Virus genome (UHGV): UHGV-0112899
Direction: 5' to 3' (one strand)
DNA length: 64,000 nt
Origin: a virus
Shown: piece by piece, positions 27,884 to 38,571 of the stretch
How positions within the stretch are numbered: position 1 is the stretch's first letter
Layout: each line of letters begins with the position of its first letter
Notes under the pieces: generated by a model
Told to the model about the DNA's origin: nothing
Databases searched by the model: none
The model's input: only the letters and a program-made list of their open reading frames with translations
Program-made: the position numbers and the translations under genes

Positions 27884-28375
27884 ATGGCCGGTTTTTCAAA
27901 CACAAAAGCCGATCTCGCCTTCCTGAAAGCCAGATTCAACAAGAACCTGGCAGCAGGCGAAAAATTAATTGGCACTGAATATTGGATGACCATTAAGGGA
28001 TACGAAAATCTGTCAGTGCTGATCCGCACCGCGCAGTTACCGGAAATGACGCGTGAAGACGTAGAAGATTACGCTCCAGGCGGTATGAAGTTCAACCAAC
28101 ACGGCCCGCTGCGTAACTCAGGTGAATTTCAGGTTACCTGTGCGGAGACGATTGAAGGTGTTGTACTCGCTGCCGTCAAAGAGATGGTTTATCAGAAGAA
28201 ATATCTGGATATCTCTTTCCAGGCTGCCGCTGAATCTAACAGCGGTGACAGCAAAGGTCTGTCACGTACTTACTCACACTGCAAAGTGTATTCCGATGCC
28301 GTTGATTTCTCATCAGAAGATGTAACGGCGGTTGTCAGACCGACCCTGCGTATTGTGTACAACTGGGTTGAGTAA
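27884..28375 (+). CDS. putative tail tube protein
   Basis: 163 aa with AGGAG RBS; assignment by size and position. Confidence 0.3.
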   Translation: MAGFSNTKADLAFLKARFNKNLAAGEKLIGTEYWMTIKGYENLSVLIRTAQLPEMTREDVEDYAPGGMKFNQHGPLRNSGEFQVTCAETIEGVVLAAVKEMVYQKKYLDISFQAAAESNSGDSKGLSRTYSHCKVYSDAVDFSSEDVTAVVRPTLRIVYNWVE

Positions 28376-28426
28376 TACCGATCCCGCTCAAAAGAGCGGG
28401 ATTATCCCCCTCCGTCCGGAGTATTT

Positions 28427-28978
28427 ATGACACCTTCTGAACTATTAGAAAGCGTTAAAGCGCGATTCAATCCTCTTCTTGTACGGGAAGAGGAAACACT
28501 GAAAGCATTCCTGCTCAAAGCGTTGACTACTTACCAGGACAGGGCAGGCGTAGTTAAGGCGTTAAAGCTGGAGAAATCAGACGGCACGGCGATCCCTGTT
28601 CCGGATGATTATCTGTCTCTGGTCCACGTCACTGACCACAACGGGCTTCTGGTTTACGCCGACGAGATTGCCGGTTTTGTCGAACTTGAGCTTACCGGTT
28701 CTGAACGCTGGCCTTTCAAGATGCAATACCTTGTAAATCTCCGCGATCGCAACCTGGATGAGTGGCAAGTGCCACCTGCGATTATCGGAATGCTTGAGGA
28801 ATATCTTGAAGCACTTATCAATGTCCGCAACGTTGCCCGCCAGCGAAGGGCGTCAATTGATGGCAAGTTTGATTACTCCGATCTTCCTGATGAGGCGACG
28901 CTCTACGCGCGTGTTCAGGAGATAGAAGAAAAAATGGCAGCCAACCGGGCCATTATCCCTGGTGCTACCATTTTTTAA
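28427..28978 (+). CDS. hypothetical structural protein
   Basis: 183-aa ORF with GGAG RBS. Confidence 0.45.
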   Translation: MTPSELLESVKARFNPLLVREEETLKAFLLKALTTYQDRAGVVKALKLEKSDGTAIPVPDDYLSLVHVTDHNGLLVYADEIAGFVELELTGSERWPFKMQYLVNLRDRNLDEWQVPPAIIGMLEEYLEALINVRNVARQRRASIDGKFDYSDLPDEATLYARVQEIEEKMAANRAIIPGATIF

Positions 28979-28991
28979 CACGGAGGGCTAC

Positions 28992-29699
28992 GTGAGTATT
29001 TTTAGTGCTACAACGCAAACGCTAGCCAGTGCGGTATCGTTTAGCGCGAAATCGTTCACCAGCAACCTTATCAGCGACATTCTGGATAGAGCGGTGTCTG
29101 GCAGTGGCGTTAGTGGGAGCTACGGCAATGACATCGCTTACGGAAAGAACGTAGTTGCTACGGCTATGCGTATCCGCTATGCCCAGGGCTGGCAGTGGAC
29201 GGTAGACGTAGACGGATTAAGCGGCTTTGATATGTTCGTTAAGGACATCACTTACAGTAGCGGGAATATTGAAACAGAAAGCAAAATCATTGGTAGCGTC
29301 GAGTTCAATAAGCCAACGCACGTAACCGCCGGGCCGGTAACAATGACGGTCAGAGACACAGAAGACGGCAAAATAATGAATTGGTTCAAAGAGCGCCGCG
29401 CTCGTGTAACCAATAGCGATGGTACGCTAAACCTGCCGCCAGATTATCTCATGAATATCAGGCTATACCGCGTTACACAGGAAGGCGGGAAAGAGCTGGA
29501 AGAGGAAATGCGTGTATTTCCGACTCAGATAGGAGAGATCAGCCGCTCACGTGATCAGGTGTCCGAATTCTTGTCCTATCCGATCACGTTCCAGCGATAC
29601 ACATCTGCCGGTTCCGGCCTGTCCGCATTAGTCAATGGAGCTGCTGGTTTAGCAACAAGCGCACTTAAAAGCGCCGCCAGCAACGTGATCAAGTTTTGA
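28992..29699 (+). CDS. hypothetical structural protein
   Basis: GTG start 4 nt after GGAGGG; an alternative start at 28962 is possible. Confidence 0.4.
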   Translation: MSIFSATTQTLASAVSFSAKSFTSNLISDILDRAVSGSGVSGSYGNDIAYGKNVVATAMRIRYAQGWQWTVDVDGLSGFDMFVKDITYSSGNIETESKIIGSVEFNKPTHVTAGPVTMTVRDTEDGKIMNWFKERRARVTNSDGTLNLPPDYLMNIRLYRVTQEGGKELEEEMRVFPTQIGEISRSRDQVSEFLSYPITFQRYTSAGSGLSALVNGAAGLATSALKSAASNVIKF

Positions 29700-29741
29700 A
29701 ATGCAGTATTAAAGTGCGAGAAGGTGGGGAAGGGGCAAACT

Positions 29742-30035
29742 TGAGGGCAATATCTACACCTGCTGTTTACGTCAATGATGGCATTTTTTACACATCACAA
29801 CAAAATCAACGCGTTACAACCATAAAACATTCAACAGTAGTGCGATAAAAATAGCTATAGCATACGATGCCATCTGAGGGTGATTTTTACACATTCCTTA
29901 TTAATCAATAAATTACAAATAATGTTAGCCGTTAAAGATCCAACCAACTAACTAATGATGTAAGAATTGCCCTCAATCTCCCATCTTTAAGGGCAAATCC
30001 TACACCTACAGAGAGGTGTAGAAATTGCCCTTAAG
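29742..30035. repeat. control-type iterons downstream of rep (incA-like), mixed orientation
   Basis: tgagggcaatatctacacct, tgagggtgatttttacaca, inverted gatgtaagaattgccctca, and inverted pair ttaagggcaaatcctacacct/aggtgtagaaattgcccttaa. Confidence 0.6.
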
Positions 30036-30786
30036 ACTGCTGATAGGTGAATTTTATTTTTGTAACTCTGCCACCTTCTGTAACCTCTGAGAAAACTATT
30101 TTCATTTTTGTGTTTTTTTCGATTTCAGCTACAGCTTTTGCCAGAAAGCTTCTCTTAAATTCGGCGTACCGTTGATAGCTTTTGGGAAGACCATAACGCT
30201 CCCGCATCCATTCAACGCCAAGTATAGCGAAGCCGCTCCCATCATCCTTTCTATACTGGCATAAGGACTCATAAAGCCGCATAGAATAAGGGTTTGTCAG
30301 GCGAGACACTTCAGTAAAATTCAGCCTCGTGAACCTCTTATCAAGCAGAGTAAAAAACGGCATGAGATATGGATTCAGATGAATAATGTAAGTCCCCCGG
30401 CGTGGTGAGTAAGCCTCCTTAATCATCCAGGGATAAGACTCATAACTGTCTTCTGATTCGGTTGATTCATCAGGGTTATATATCGTGACTTTCTTCTCAC
30501 TAAGTCCGGAGATAGCTTTACGAATATCCTTGCTGGCTTCAGCAGAGGGCAAATTATACATCTCTGCATATTCGTTGACCGTCAACTCACAGGCACCTGA
30601 ACCAAGAACGCCATCCTTAGAAGCATAGCGAAGTCTTCCCACCACAATAAACAACAGTCGCTTTTGGTCGCGTGTCAGGTGATAAGCCGCCTCTGTGATC
30701 TCATTGGCCTGCGCCAAGCTACGGCTAATTGGTGTCGCTGATTCAATCAGACTGACGGCTTTTGCCGTTAATTCCGCTCTGTTCAT
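30031..30786 (-). CDS. repE: replication initiator, Rep_3 family (RepE-like)
   Basis: strong similarity to F-plasmid RepE (TEAAY..RDQKR, NPYSMRLYESLCQYRK.DGSG, PKSYQR); 251 aa from ATG 30786. Confidence 0.85.
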   Translation of the reverse strand: MNRAELTAKAVSLIESATPISRSLAQANEITEAAYHLTRDQKRLLFIVVGRLRYASKDGVLGSGACELTVNEYAEMYNLPSAEASKDIRKAISGLSEKKVTIYNPDESTESEDSYESYPWMIKEAYSPRRGTYIIHLNPYLMPFFTLLDKRFTRLNFTEVSRLTNPYSMRLYESLCQYRKDDGSGFAILGVEWMRERYGLPKSYQRYAEFKRSFLAKAVAEIEKNTKMKIVFSEVTEGGRVTKIKFTYQQS

Positions 30787-30810
30787 AACCCTGTGTGATC
30801 CTTCAAATGG

Positions 30811-30930
30811 TGAGGGCAATTTTTACATCACTTTGAGGGCAATTACTACACCTTTTGAGGGCAAATCTTACACCTGCTGAGGGCAAATCTTACACCTCAA
30901 TAGCTTAATTGAGGGCAAATCTTACACCTT
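30811..30930. repeat. origin iterons: five direct repeats of TGAGGGCAAATCTTACACCT
   Basis: copies start at 30811, 30834, 30856, 30879, 30911 with mostly 22-23 bp spacing. Confidence 0.8.
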
Positions 30931-30959
30931 GGTCCTCTACAAGCCCCGCCACCCCTGGC

Positions 30960-31069
30960 CTCCGCGATGCCTAAAAAGGATCTAAAAAGGATTAAAAAGA
31001 GAAAAAGGTTTATAAAAATACTCTGTGGATATGTGAATTGCGTCACTTAAGGTGTAAAAATCACCCTCA
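30960..31069. other. origin-associated AT-rich region, DnaA-box-like site and inverted iteron
   Basis: A-rich 30975-31020; TGTGGATAT (31024-31032, 8/9 to DnaA box); inverted iteron aggtgtaaaaatcaccctca at 31050-31069. Confidence 0.5.
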
Positions 31070-31172
31070 ATAGTTGCTGTTCGATCGACAAAGATCCTTA
31101 TTCAATACTCCCACAAATCACACACTCCCTATCCTCTGAAAAACTAACTGAACCTAGCTTTCGGAGGAATCC

Positions 31173-31997
31173 TTGAACATTCCCAAATTCCCATTGCCTT
31201 CACAGCCTGAAATAGAAATTCAGTTTCATGCACCTACTGTGAAAGATGCCCTGAAATATTCAGACATCAATCCGGCAGAAGACGAGGCAACCACAACAGA
31301 ATACCTCAATGCTATGCAAGACGGCGAAATTAACGACAGCTCAAACTGGACAGTTCAGGATCGCAGAACCGCGCTTTGGTGGATCTTTGTTAATTCCAGG
31401 CCTGATGCCGTCATGACTTACTCATACGAGTGTGGTCACTGTGGAAACGTTCATCACGCAGATATTAACCTTTCAGACCTTGCCGAAACGGTAGAAATCC
31501 TGACTGTCCCGCCGTTTATTAAAACTATGGTCCCTATAAACGGAGTACCAACCGAGTGGACGCTTAAACCACTAACAGGGAAAGGAGCTGAATTGCTTGA
31601 GCGTATGCGCGCCACTTTGCCTGATATGAAAACTCCAGAGTACAGTGCTGAGGTTGCTCGTCTCCGCATAGCTGAGTTGGCCTTGTGTACATCTCTGAAC
31701 GACGATCCAGAAGACTTCACACAAGCTGCAAACAGACGATTCGATATCATTGAAAACATGGCTCTGGAAACCGAGTTTACCCCTCTGGTAGCTCGCATTC
31801 AGCTCATGCAGAAAGACCTTCGCCACGGCTTAAAAATGGCTATTGAACGAGGCACAAGCCGCCTGATCCTACCGCCACAACGCTGCAAAAACGCTAAGGA
31901 GGGTGCAGACGTGACTACCACGCTGTACGCCCCATTTCTCAATAGAGAATTTATCCCATCAATTAGATCTGAATGGATGGCTAACCATTATCAATAA
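31173..31997 (+). CDS. hypothetical protein
   Basis: 274-aa ORF; TTG start 7 nt after GGAGG. Confidence 0.45.
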   Translation: MNIPKFPLPSQPEIEIQFHAPTVKDALKYSDINPAEDEATTTEYLNAMQDGEINDSSNWTVQDRRTALWWIFVNSRPDAVMTYSYECGHCGNVHHADINLSDLAETVEILTVPPFIKTMVPINGVPTEWTLKPLTGKGAELLERMRATLPDMKTPEYSAEVARLRIAELALCTSLNDDPEDFTQAANRRFDIIENMALETEFTPLVARIQLMQKDLRHGLKMAIERGTSRLILPPQRCKNAKEGADVTTTLYAPFLNREFIPSIRSEWMANHYQ

Positions 31998-32048
31998 CCT
32001 GACGTTATACGGCTACCAGCCAGTTAGTGACGTTGAACAATTACCGCA

Positions 32049-35000
32049 GTGGCGGGCACTCCATATGGAAAAAGCACTGGAAGAGAAATACAAAGCCCAC
32101 GCCAAAAAAACAGGGTGATCACCGCCGATGTAAGTGAGGTTATTTTGAACGATAAAAAAGACCGAATAGCGATAATCGACGCAATACAAACGGCAAACGC
32201 GAAAGAGCTAGCTGCGCTTTCAGAAATAAAAAAAGCACTTGAGTCTTACGGACGCAATCCTGATACCAGCGACGCACCACAAGGACGCGTAAGTCGTCGC
32301 CTGGCCCGAACAGGGAAAGCAGGGGCGCAACGCAACAGTTTCACACAGGGGCCGTATAAAGACCGGCTCCCTACCAGGAAACAGAGATTACGTATAAACA
32401 ACACTAGCGAGATAGATAATCCGCAAAAAGCAGCAGCAGATCACCGCACCGCTCATTCGGAATCAAAAACAGCACCGCTGGCTGAAGGCAAAGCCACGAA
32501 GTCATCACCTGAGCGCATTCAATCGCTCACTCCTGACATTCAGCCTGCAAGGCAAGAACAACCAGTTAGAGAAAACCAGAGCATCGCTGGTGCACCGTTA
32601 CGGGATAGCAACGGACGATTTGCCTCTCAGAAAAAAAACGAGGATCTCGCACGCCAGAATGAGCTACGCGCACAGGCAAAACTACAGGTTGGGTTCCTGC
32701 GAAAACTCGGTTCCATTATGGGGGTTGATGGTTCAGGGAAAGCCGACGATGGAGCTGTAACCGATGCTGCCGGGGTAGGGGCTGGTGGTCCACTATGGAT
32801 GGCAGCACGGGGCGTATTTGATATCAGCCGCGAGATTACTGGTAAGGCTAAATCATTGAAAGAATGGATAGATAATGGCAACGACAAGGCGGCTGGCGCA
32901 CCGGTGGTCGCAAAAGCCCCCGCCATTACTTACCCGGCACCTGACAATGAAAGGAAGACTCCAGATAACGCGCCCGGTTCAGCAAAGGCATTTACTGAAG
33001 CCGTTAAAGAAAAATCTGTGCGTGCGATCGAAGAACAAACGAAAGTTCTTCAACGCAACGACAGCCAGATAATTGATGAGCTGGAAACTGTATCCGAAGA
33101 GATCCGGAAGCTAAGAAAGTCCCAGGAGAGTGGGCTAAAACTGAGCGACCTCCTCGGCGGTGGCAGATTACGTACCAAAATATCCCCTACACGCGGTCGT
33201 AGCAGTGCACGTGGTGGCAACACGGGCCGCACTGGAGACAGTAAAGAAAACAAGGGCAAGAAGGGAAAAAACACCAGCAAACCTACTGAGACGGGCAGGA
33301 GTCAGGAAGGCAAAGAGGGGAAAAAAAATCAGCCAGGCAAAAACAACAGTGCGGGCGAGGAAAAAAATCGGACAAAAAATGCTGGTGGGAACGAGGGTAG
33401 TACCTCACCAAAATCATCGGGTGATAAATCTTCAGTTAAAACCAGAGCAGGTAAGGTCACTCAAGAAAGCGTAGCCAAAACGGCGGCTGGTGGAGCGGCA
33501 GGGAAAGACGCTGGTAAAGCGGCAACTTCCGCTGGGGAAAGCCTTACCAGGAAAGAGGCGGGTAAGGTTGCCGTTGCCACTGGTGAAAACATCGCGAAAA
33601 AAGAAGCTGGAAAAGTGGCTCTCAAAGCTGCCGGAGGTGTTGCCGCAAGGGCCGGATTCAGGGCGATTCCAGTCATCGGCCAGGTGGCTATGGTTGGTTA
33701 TGATGCCGTAGACGGCTACAGCGACACAGAAGCGCAGAGGGCGACTTATAACCTGAAGGAAGGGCAGGACGTTACAACACAGCAAAAGAGCGCCTACGCC
33801 GCTGCTAACGTCCTGGATATGGGCGGTCTGGTGACGGGAGCGGCTAACCTCATTGGCGAGGGGATGTCCGCGCTAGGCTTTGAAGGTGTCGGACAAAAAC
33901 TTCAGAGTCTTGATACCAGCAATATTGCTCGCGGCATAAATAGTTCTATCGACGCGTCGAAGAACGCATTCAGCAGCCTAAAAGAATCGTTCTCATCAAG
34001 CAGCGAAGGCACTGCGCAGGTTAAGAAAGCCGTTGAAGATGGCACCAAGCAAACGGTAGCCGCAATTAATGATCTGGCCCGACAGCTACAGGGCGGGCGC
34101 AGAGGTGAGGATGGCGTGGGTGAACACGGCTACAAATCGCCAGACGAATTTAAAGCGCCTGAAAAAAATACAATAACGACTGATCTGAATATAGGCGGAA
34201 GCAACGCCAAGAACAGGAATTACCGGAATAACAACCTGGGGAACCTGGTTTTTGCAAATCAGGAGGGGGCGGTACTGGAAGCGCCGAACGCGAAAGGCGA
34301 ACAGCGTTTTGCGCGGTTTAATACGCCCGAAGAAGGGATTCGGGCATTGGCAAACCAGGTATCGAGTTATTACAACGGTACAAGTGCTGCCGCTGGGTAT
34401 CAGAAGCTGCAAACAGTATCCAGCATCATTTCAAAATGGGCACCACCAACAGAGAACAACACCAATCAGTACATTGAAAACGTCAGCAAATATCTAGGGG
34501 TATCCCCCAACGATAAAATAGACGTTAGCAACCCTGAAGTTATGACGCACCTTGTTCGCGCTATTGCGACGAAGGAGGGGGGTAACCCGGCGGTTAACAA
34601 CAATTTCATCAAAACAGCTCTTGGTTCATTCAACGCTAAAACTGGGCGTTGGGAAGGGCAATTCAATGATGAAACGCTGGAACACATTAATAAAATCCAG
34701 AAGGAAAAGGGCGGTCCTCTAATCGCTCGCAACTCCCAATATAGTGTCGGTAGCAAAGTCAAATACGCCAACGGCTCATCTTCTGCTATTCCTGCGTCAA
34801 GCGTAGCCCAGGCTGTAATGCCTAGCCCTACTGACGTGGTTCAACACGCACAGGCAGCTAAAAAACCGAAGGCAGCTCAACAGGAAAATGCCCAAGCGAT
34901 CAGCCACGCGAAAGCTAGTGGCAATTCTTCCGCCGCAGCCGGATTGACGGAGCGGTTAATGAGTGCAGACGGTGTTGGGGGCGTCATCGCCGGGATAGTT

Positions 35001-35912
35001 GGGGGAGATCCCAATATGGGGCTAAATCTCGGCCCTGTCAGTTCTCCGGAAGAGATGTCCTCGTTAGCAGCAAAAGCCAAGCAATTGGATAAGTTTCTTG
35101 TTGAAAAAATATCCAGAGCAACGGGCAAAAACTTTAGTTTCCAGAAGGCGGAACAGATCGCCGATATCACTACGGCTATACAGCAAAAGCGCAACGTTAA
35201 CCGCGATACAGAAACCATTGGCCTGCTTCCGGAGAGTCCGGCAACCATCAGCGAGAAGCGTGCCACATCGACACCGGCGGGTGTGCAGATGTACGACAAC
35301 GGCTACAAGGTGGTTGAAGGTGAGGACAGGGGCTTCTTTGGCTCGCTATTTGATTCAACTGTGTCAGGGCTTAACCAGGTAGGCTCCGCCGTCCTCCCCG
35401 CCGTTGGAGATAACCTCTCGCGACTTGTGGGCGGTATTGATAGCACCGGAATGTTAAATGACTTTGTATTGCAGTCCTCTGGACAGAATACCGATGTTGC
35501 TCGCGCTATTAGTCCGTTAACAAGGAGTGTTGGCGGTTGGCTGAATGGTGGCATACAGAAAACGGCGGATACGATCAGGGACACAACTGGCGCAATCAAT
35601 CAAAGCCTGTTTGCTTCGGGCGTGGCTGCTAAAGAACCGTTCCTTGCAATGCCTCCGCAGCTACCAATCGTCACGGACCTCGCACGAAGCGGAATAAGGC
35701 AGATGCTAACAACAGATACCGCAAATAACGATCCGGCTATGTTGAAAGCACTGGAGAACGTTTATTCCGTTCTTAAAGAGATTCTTGGCGTAAGCAAAGA
35801 CAACCGCAAAGGCGATCAGGACAAAGTTGTGAACACATCACAACCACAACCTCGTCAGCGTGCCAGCACGACTATCAATGACCCATCTCTTGACAAATTA
35901 CTGGAGGATTAA
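32049..35912 (+). CDS. tape-measure-like protein with putative transglycosylase segment (Sit-like)
   Basis: 1287 aa with Lys/Gly-rich low-complexity region and EGGNPAVNN-containing segment; precedes baseplate genes; non-ATG start uncertain. Confidence 0.45.
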   Translation: MAGTPYGKSTGREIQSPRQKNRVITADVSEVILNDKKDRIAIIDAIQTANAKELAALSEIKKALESYGRNPDTSDAPQGRVSRRLARTGKAGAQRNSFTQGPYKDRLPTRKQRLRINNTSEIDNPQKAAADHRTAHSESKTAPLAEGKATKSSPERIQSLTPDIQPARQEQPVRENQSIAGAPLRDSNGRFASQKKNEDLARQNELRAQAKLQVGFLRKLGSIMGVDGSGKADDGAVTDAAGVGAGGPLWMAARGVFDISREITGKAKSLKEWIDNGNDKAAGAPVVAKAPAITYPAPDNERKTPDNAPGSAKAFTEAVKEKSVRAIEEQTKVLQRNDSQIIDELETVSEEIRKLRKSQESGLKLSDLLGGGRLRTKISPTRGRSSARGGNTGRTGDSKENKGKKGKNTSKPTETGRSQEGKEGKKNQPGKNNSAGEEKNRTKNAGGNEGSTSPKSSGDKSSVKTRAGKVTQESVAKTAAGGAAGKDAGKAATSAGESLTRKEAGKVAVATGENIAKKEAGKVALKAAGGVAARAGFRAIPVIGQVAMVGYDAVDGYSDTEAQRATYNLKEGQDVTTQQKSAYAAANVLDMGGLVTGAANLIGEGMSALGFEGVGQKLQSLDTSNIARGINSSIDASKNAFSSLKESFSSSSEGTAQVKKAVEDGTKQTVAAINDLARQLQGGRRGEDGVGEHGYKSPDEFKAPEKNTITTDLNIGGSNAKNRNYRNNNLGNLVFANQEGAVLEAPNAKGEQRFARFNTPEEGIRALANQVSSYYNGTSAAAGYQKLQTVSSIISKWAPPTENNTNQYIENVSKYLGVSPNDKIDVSNPEVMTHLVRAIATKEGGNPAVNNNFIKTALGSFNAKTGRWEGQFNDETLEHINKIQKEKGGPLIARNSQYSVGSKVKYANGSSSAIPASSVAQAVMPSPTDVVQHAQAAKKPKAAQQENAQAISHAKASGNSSAAAGLTERLMSADGVGGVIAGIVGGDPNMGLNLGPVSSPEEMSSLAAKAKQLDKFLVEKISRATGKNFSFQKAEQIADITTAIQQKRNVNRDTETIGLLPESPATISEKRATSTPAGVQMYDNGYKVVEGEDRGFFGSLFDSTVSGLNQVGSAVLPAVGDNLSRLVGGIDSTGMLNDFVLQSSGQNTDVARAISPLTRSVGGWLNGGIQKTADTIRDTTGAINQSLFASGVAAKEPFLAMPPQLPIVTDLARSGIRQMLTTDTANNDPAMLKALENVYSVLKEILGVSKDNRKGDQDKVVNTSQPQPRQRASTTINDPSLDKLLED

Positions 35913-35917
35913 GACCG

Positions 35918-36292
35918 ATGCTTTATGAGATTGATGCCCGCCTTCAGACAAACGAGAGCGGGGTGGTAATCGCTGAAGGCGACACAAACGCCTGGATAGC
36001 CCGACTCGATGAATGGCTACGGACACCAAATGGCAGCGTTTACGGATTGCCGTCATGGGGGAATCCGATGGAGGAGTTCAAACACGAATCCTTCGGTTCT
36101 GATACGTCACACATTGTTGAAGTGGCGATTGAAGCGCGAATGATGACGAAGCTACAGCAGGACTTACCAGGGCTTGGACTCCAGGCGATCCGCTGCGCGA
36201 CTGTCTCTGAAGACCAGTTACTAATTAGCTTCCAGGCAAAAGGAGGCACCGTGAATGTTGTTATGCAGAAAGATAGCGGAGATACAGCGTGA
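35918..36292 (+). CDS. baseplate wedge protein (gp25/GpW-like)
   Basis: 124 aa directly after the tape-measure-like gene; GGAGGA RBS. Confidence 0.4.
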   Translation: MLYEIDARLQTNESGVVIAEGDTNAWIARLDEWLRTPNGSVYGLPSWGNPMEEFKHESFGSDTSHIVEVAIEARMMTKLQQDLPGLGLQAIRCATVSEDQLLISFQAKGGTVNVVMQKDSGDTA

Positions 36293-37719
36293 GTATTACC
36301 GAATTACTGGACAAGTTTAATGCCAAGCTGAACGAAAACCCCTGGTGGGCGCGATTTGTAAACAGCCAGTTTATTCAAATGCAGTCCGTTTTGGGCGCGC
36401 AGATTGTTTATATTGCGCGTACATTTGCAAGCCGTGCACTTACAGAAGGATTCATTTCCACCGCGACGCGTAGAGCAAGTATTCTCGCGGCAGCGGAAGA
36501 CCGTGGCTATGTCGGTCGTTTGGTCGATGCGTCATACGGCACTGTTTCCATCACCAACAAAACCGACAGGGATATTACTCTACCCGGAGGGGCTGAATTA
36601 CTGACAAGTGACCAGACACCAATTGCAACCAGCAGTAGTGTTGTTATCCCTGCTGGTGAAACAGTACCCGGCATAGAAGTAAAACAGCATGAAGCAGTCA
36701 GCGTAACGTTCGACGTGGTGCAAGAAACACCATTCTTGACGCTGTTACTTTCCCGTGAGTTAACAGCAGAAGTCGCCAGCCTGGAAGTTGTCGTGATAAC
36801 TAATGGTGTCGAGGAAAAATGGACACATAACCCCCTGTTCCGCATGTCCAGGGATAACAGTAAACATTATGTGTTGGTTTATAAGCCGACAGAACAGATC
36901 GGCGTGCGCTTCGGTGATGGATCAATGGGGATGATGCCAGCGGCAGGGAGTCAGGTACGCATTGATATTATGGCAAGCCTCGGTGATTACACGCTGGCTG
37001 AAGGCCAGAAACTTGAACCAGCAGGGAACATCTCCGGGTATGTCGAATCACTGGAAGTAAAAACCGATTCGATCATTTCTGGCGGTGGTGGCATGGAAAC
37101 TACCGAGGAAACCCGAAACAGGGCGCAGTATTATGTGGCCTACGATGAGCAGGTTGTTTGGGGCGGTGATTACCGCCAGTTCATTCAGAACGTGGTCAGT
37201 GGCACGTCATGGCTTAACGTGTGGGGGGAGGCGCTACAGGAGAAAATCACGGGCTTTGATGTGCGTAATATCAACAAAATTTTCTTTTGTGGGCACAAGC
37301 CCGGCGTAACACAGGAAGCTCTGAAAACAGAGATATTATCAGCCCTTGAGAGTATCCCTAATGAGCTGAATAAGAAGTTCGAATACGTCGCCACCAATGA
37401 ACAGCCGTTCAACATCAAATTTACCGGTATCGTAAAAAAGAGTGTGCTGGTGGATGACGCGCTAACTGCAATTAAAGCGGCACTGGAGGAGAACTTCGGT
37501 AAAGACTCCATGTCATTTAGCCAGCTATTGCAGAGTGATGACGATTCACAGCAATGTTATGCACAGGTCAAAGTAAAAGATATCTGGCGAGTAATCGAAT
37601 CGCTGGATATGTTCCTGTCTTATGACGTGGCTACGCAGAACATGAAAGAAGCTGTGTACTTTAATGATTTTGTTTATCTGGACGTGGAATCATCAACGTT
37701 CAGCATAACCTATCCGTAA
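36289..37719 (+). CDS. putative baseplate protein (J-like)
   Basis: 476 aa, coupled to the wedge-like gene; assignment by position. Confidence 0.3.
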   Translation: MSITELLDKFNAKLNENPWWARFVNSQFIQMQSVLGAQIVYIARTFASRALTEGFISTATRRASILAAAEDRGYVGRLVDASYGTVSITNKTDRDITLPGGAELLTSDQTPIATSSSVVIPAGETVPGIEVKQHEAVSVTFDVVQETPFLTLLLSRELTAEVASLEVVVITNGVEEKWTHNPLFRMSRDNSKHYVLVYKPTEQIGVRFGDGSMGMMPAAGSQVRIDIMASLGDYTLAEGQKLEPAGNISGYVESLEVKTDSIISGGGGMETTEETRNRAQYYVAYDEQVVWGGDYRQFIQNVVSGTSWLNVWGEALQEKITGFDVRNINKIFFCGHKPGVTQEALKTEILSALESIPNELNKKFEYVATNEQPFNIKFTGIVKKSVLVDDALTAIKAALEENFGKDSMSFSQLLQSDDDSQQCYAQVKVKDIWRVIESLDMFLSYDVATQNMKEAVYFNDFVYLDVESSTFSITYP

Positions 37720-37728
37720 GAGGTCACA

Positions 37729-38571
37729 ATGCAGAATAACTGGCTAAAAGAGCGTCTGACGCAATTTAAACAGGATTCTAAATTGTGGGCCGCCTTTGTT
37801 GATACGATTCAGGACGTGTGGAATGAATCGGTTGAACCTATTCTCACGCGAATAAGCAACCGTAAATCGTTTTTCACAATGGCAAGGGAGGATATGGACA
37901 CTCGCATTGCTGAATATGGTCGTTTCTTTGTTATCACAGAAACGGACAAAACACGCAGGCCAATGCTATTAGCTCAACGACTGGATGAGGTGCACTTCAA
38001 AGGAACAGTAAGGCCGATAGAGCAAACGTTCTGGCGTGAATTTGGCACAATCCCCGTCTCATGGGAACCTTTGTATGCGCCTGTCGATACAGAAAAACAT
38101 CCCTATGGTTCATTCTTCGCGACCGCAAATGAAATACCGACCGCTCAGGCACAATATGGTGAGTTTTTCCTGACATCCAGAGGGCTGGTTGTCGTCAACC
38201 AAAATAAGCTGTATCGAGCTTATGATAGCGATGACCGAGACGTTGCTGTACAGAAGCTACTTGCTGATTTTGATACGGTTATAGCGCCGCTATTGCCATT
38301 GCATATCGTGTTTGATGGTGTTTCTTTCCAGTTAAGCGCAACATTGCCGGAAATGGCGGAGATCCTGAATTGCTTATCTGCGGAAGTGTCCTTTATTGAG
38401 GGGGTGTACACGACGCAAGAGATGGTCGATGAGCTATCTATTAGCGATACGATCATTCAAATAGGCGGCATCCAGTTCGCAGGAAGGCCAGACCGGACGA
38501 CGGAAAGAGTGCTTCATCTCGATGAACTCCCGCTCGACGCCTGGGCGCTGGATTATAATTTTGCACCTTAG
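37729..38571 (+). CDS. putative baseplate/tail protein
   Basis: 280-aa ORF within the baseplate cluster. Confidence 0.3.
   Translation: MQNNWLKERLTQFKQDSKLWAAFVDTIQDVWNESVEPILTRISNRKSFFTMAREDMDTRIAEYGRFFVITETDKTRRPMLLAQRLDEVHFKGTVRPIEQTFWREFGTIPVSWEPLYAPVDTEKHPYGSFFATANEIPTAQAQYGEFFLTSRGLVVVNQNKLYRAYDSDDRDVAVQKLLADFDTVIAPLLPLHIVFDGVSFQLSATLPEMAEILNCLSAEVSFIEGVYTTQEMVDELSISDTIIQIGGIQFAGRPDRTTERVLHLDELPLDAWALDYNFAP

Noticed and set aside
30811-30930. Direct repeats considered as a CRISPR array
   Set aside because: Repeats are ~20 bp with spacers of only ~2-12 bp, flank a rep gene and occur with an AT-rich region and DnaA-box-like site: iterons, not CRISPR. No cas genes present.
32065-32118. 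17-codon ORF ending at an A7 run, considered as a programmed frameshift site into the tape-measure-like gene
   Set aside because: The long frame is already open upstream of the A7 run (from 32049), so no frameshift is needed; the short ORF is probably fortuitous.
33180-33700. Lys/Gly/Ala-rich low-complexity stretch, considered as a separate repeat element
   Set aside because: It is in frame within the 1287-aa tape-measure-like protein and is better explained as a flexible basic linker.
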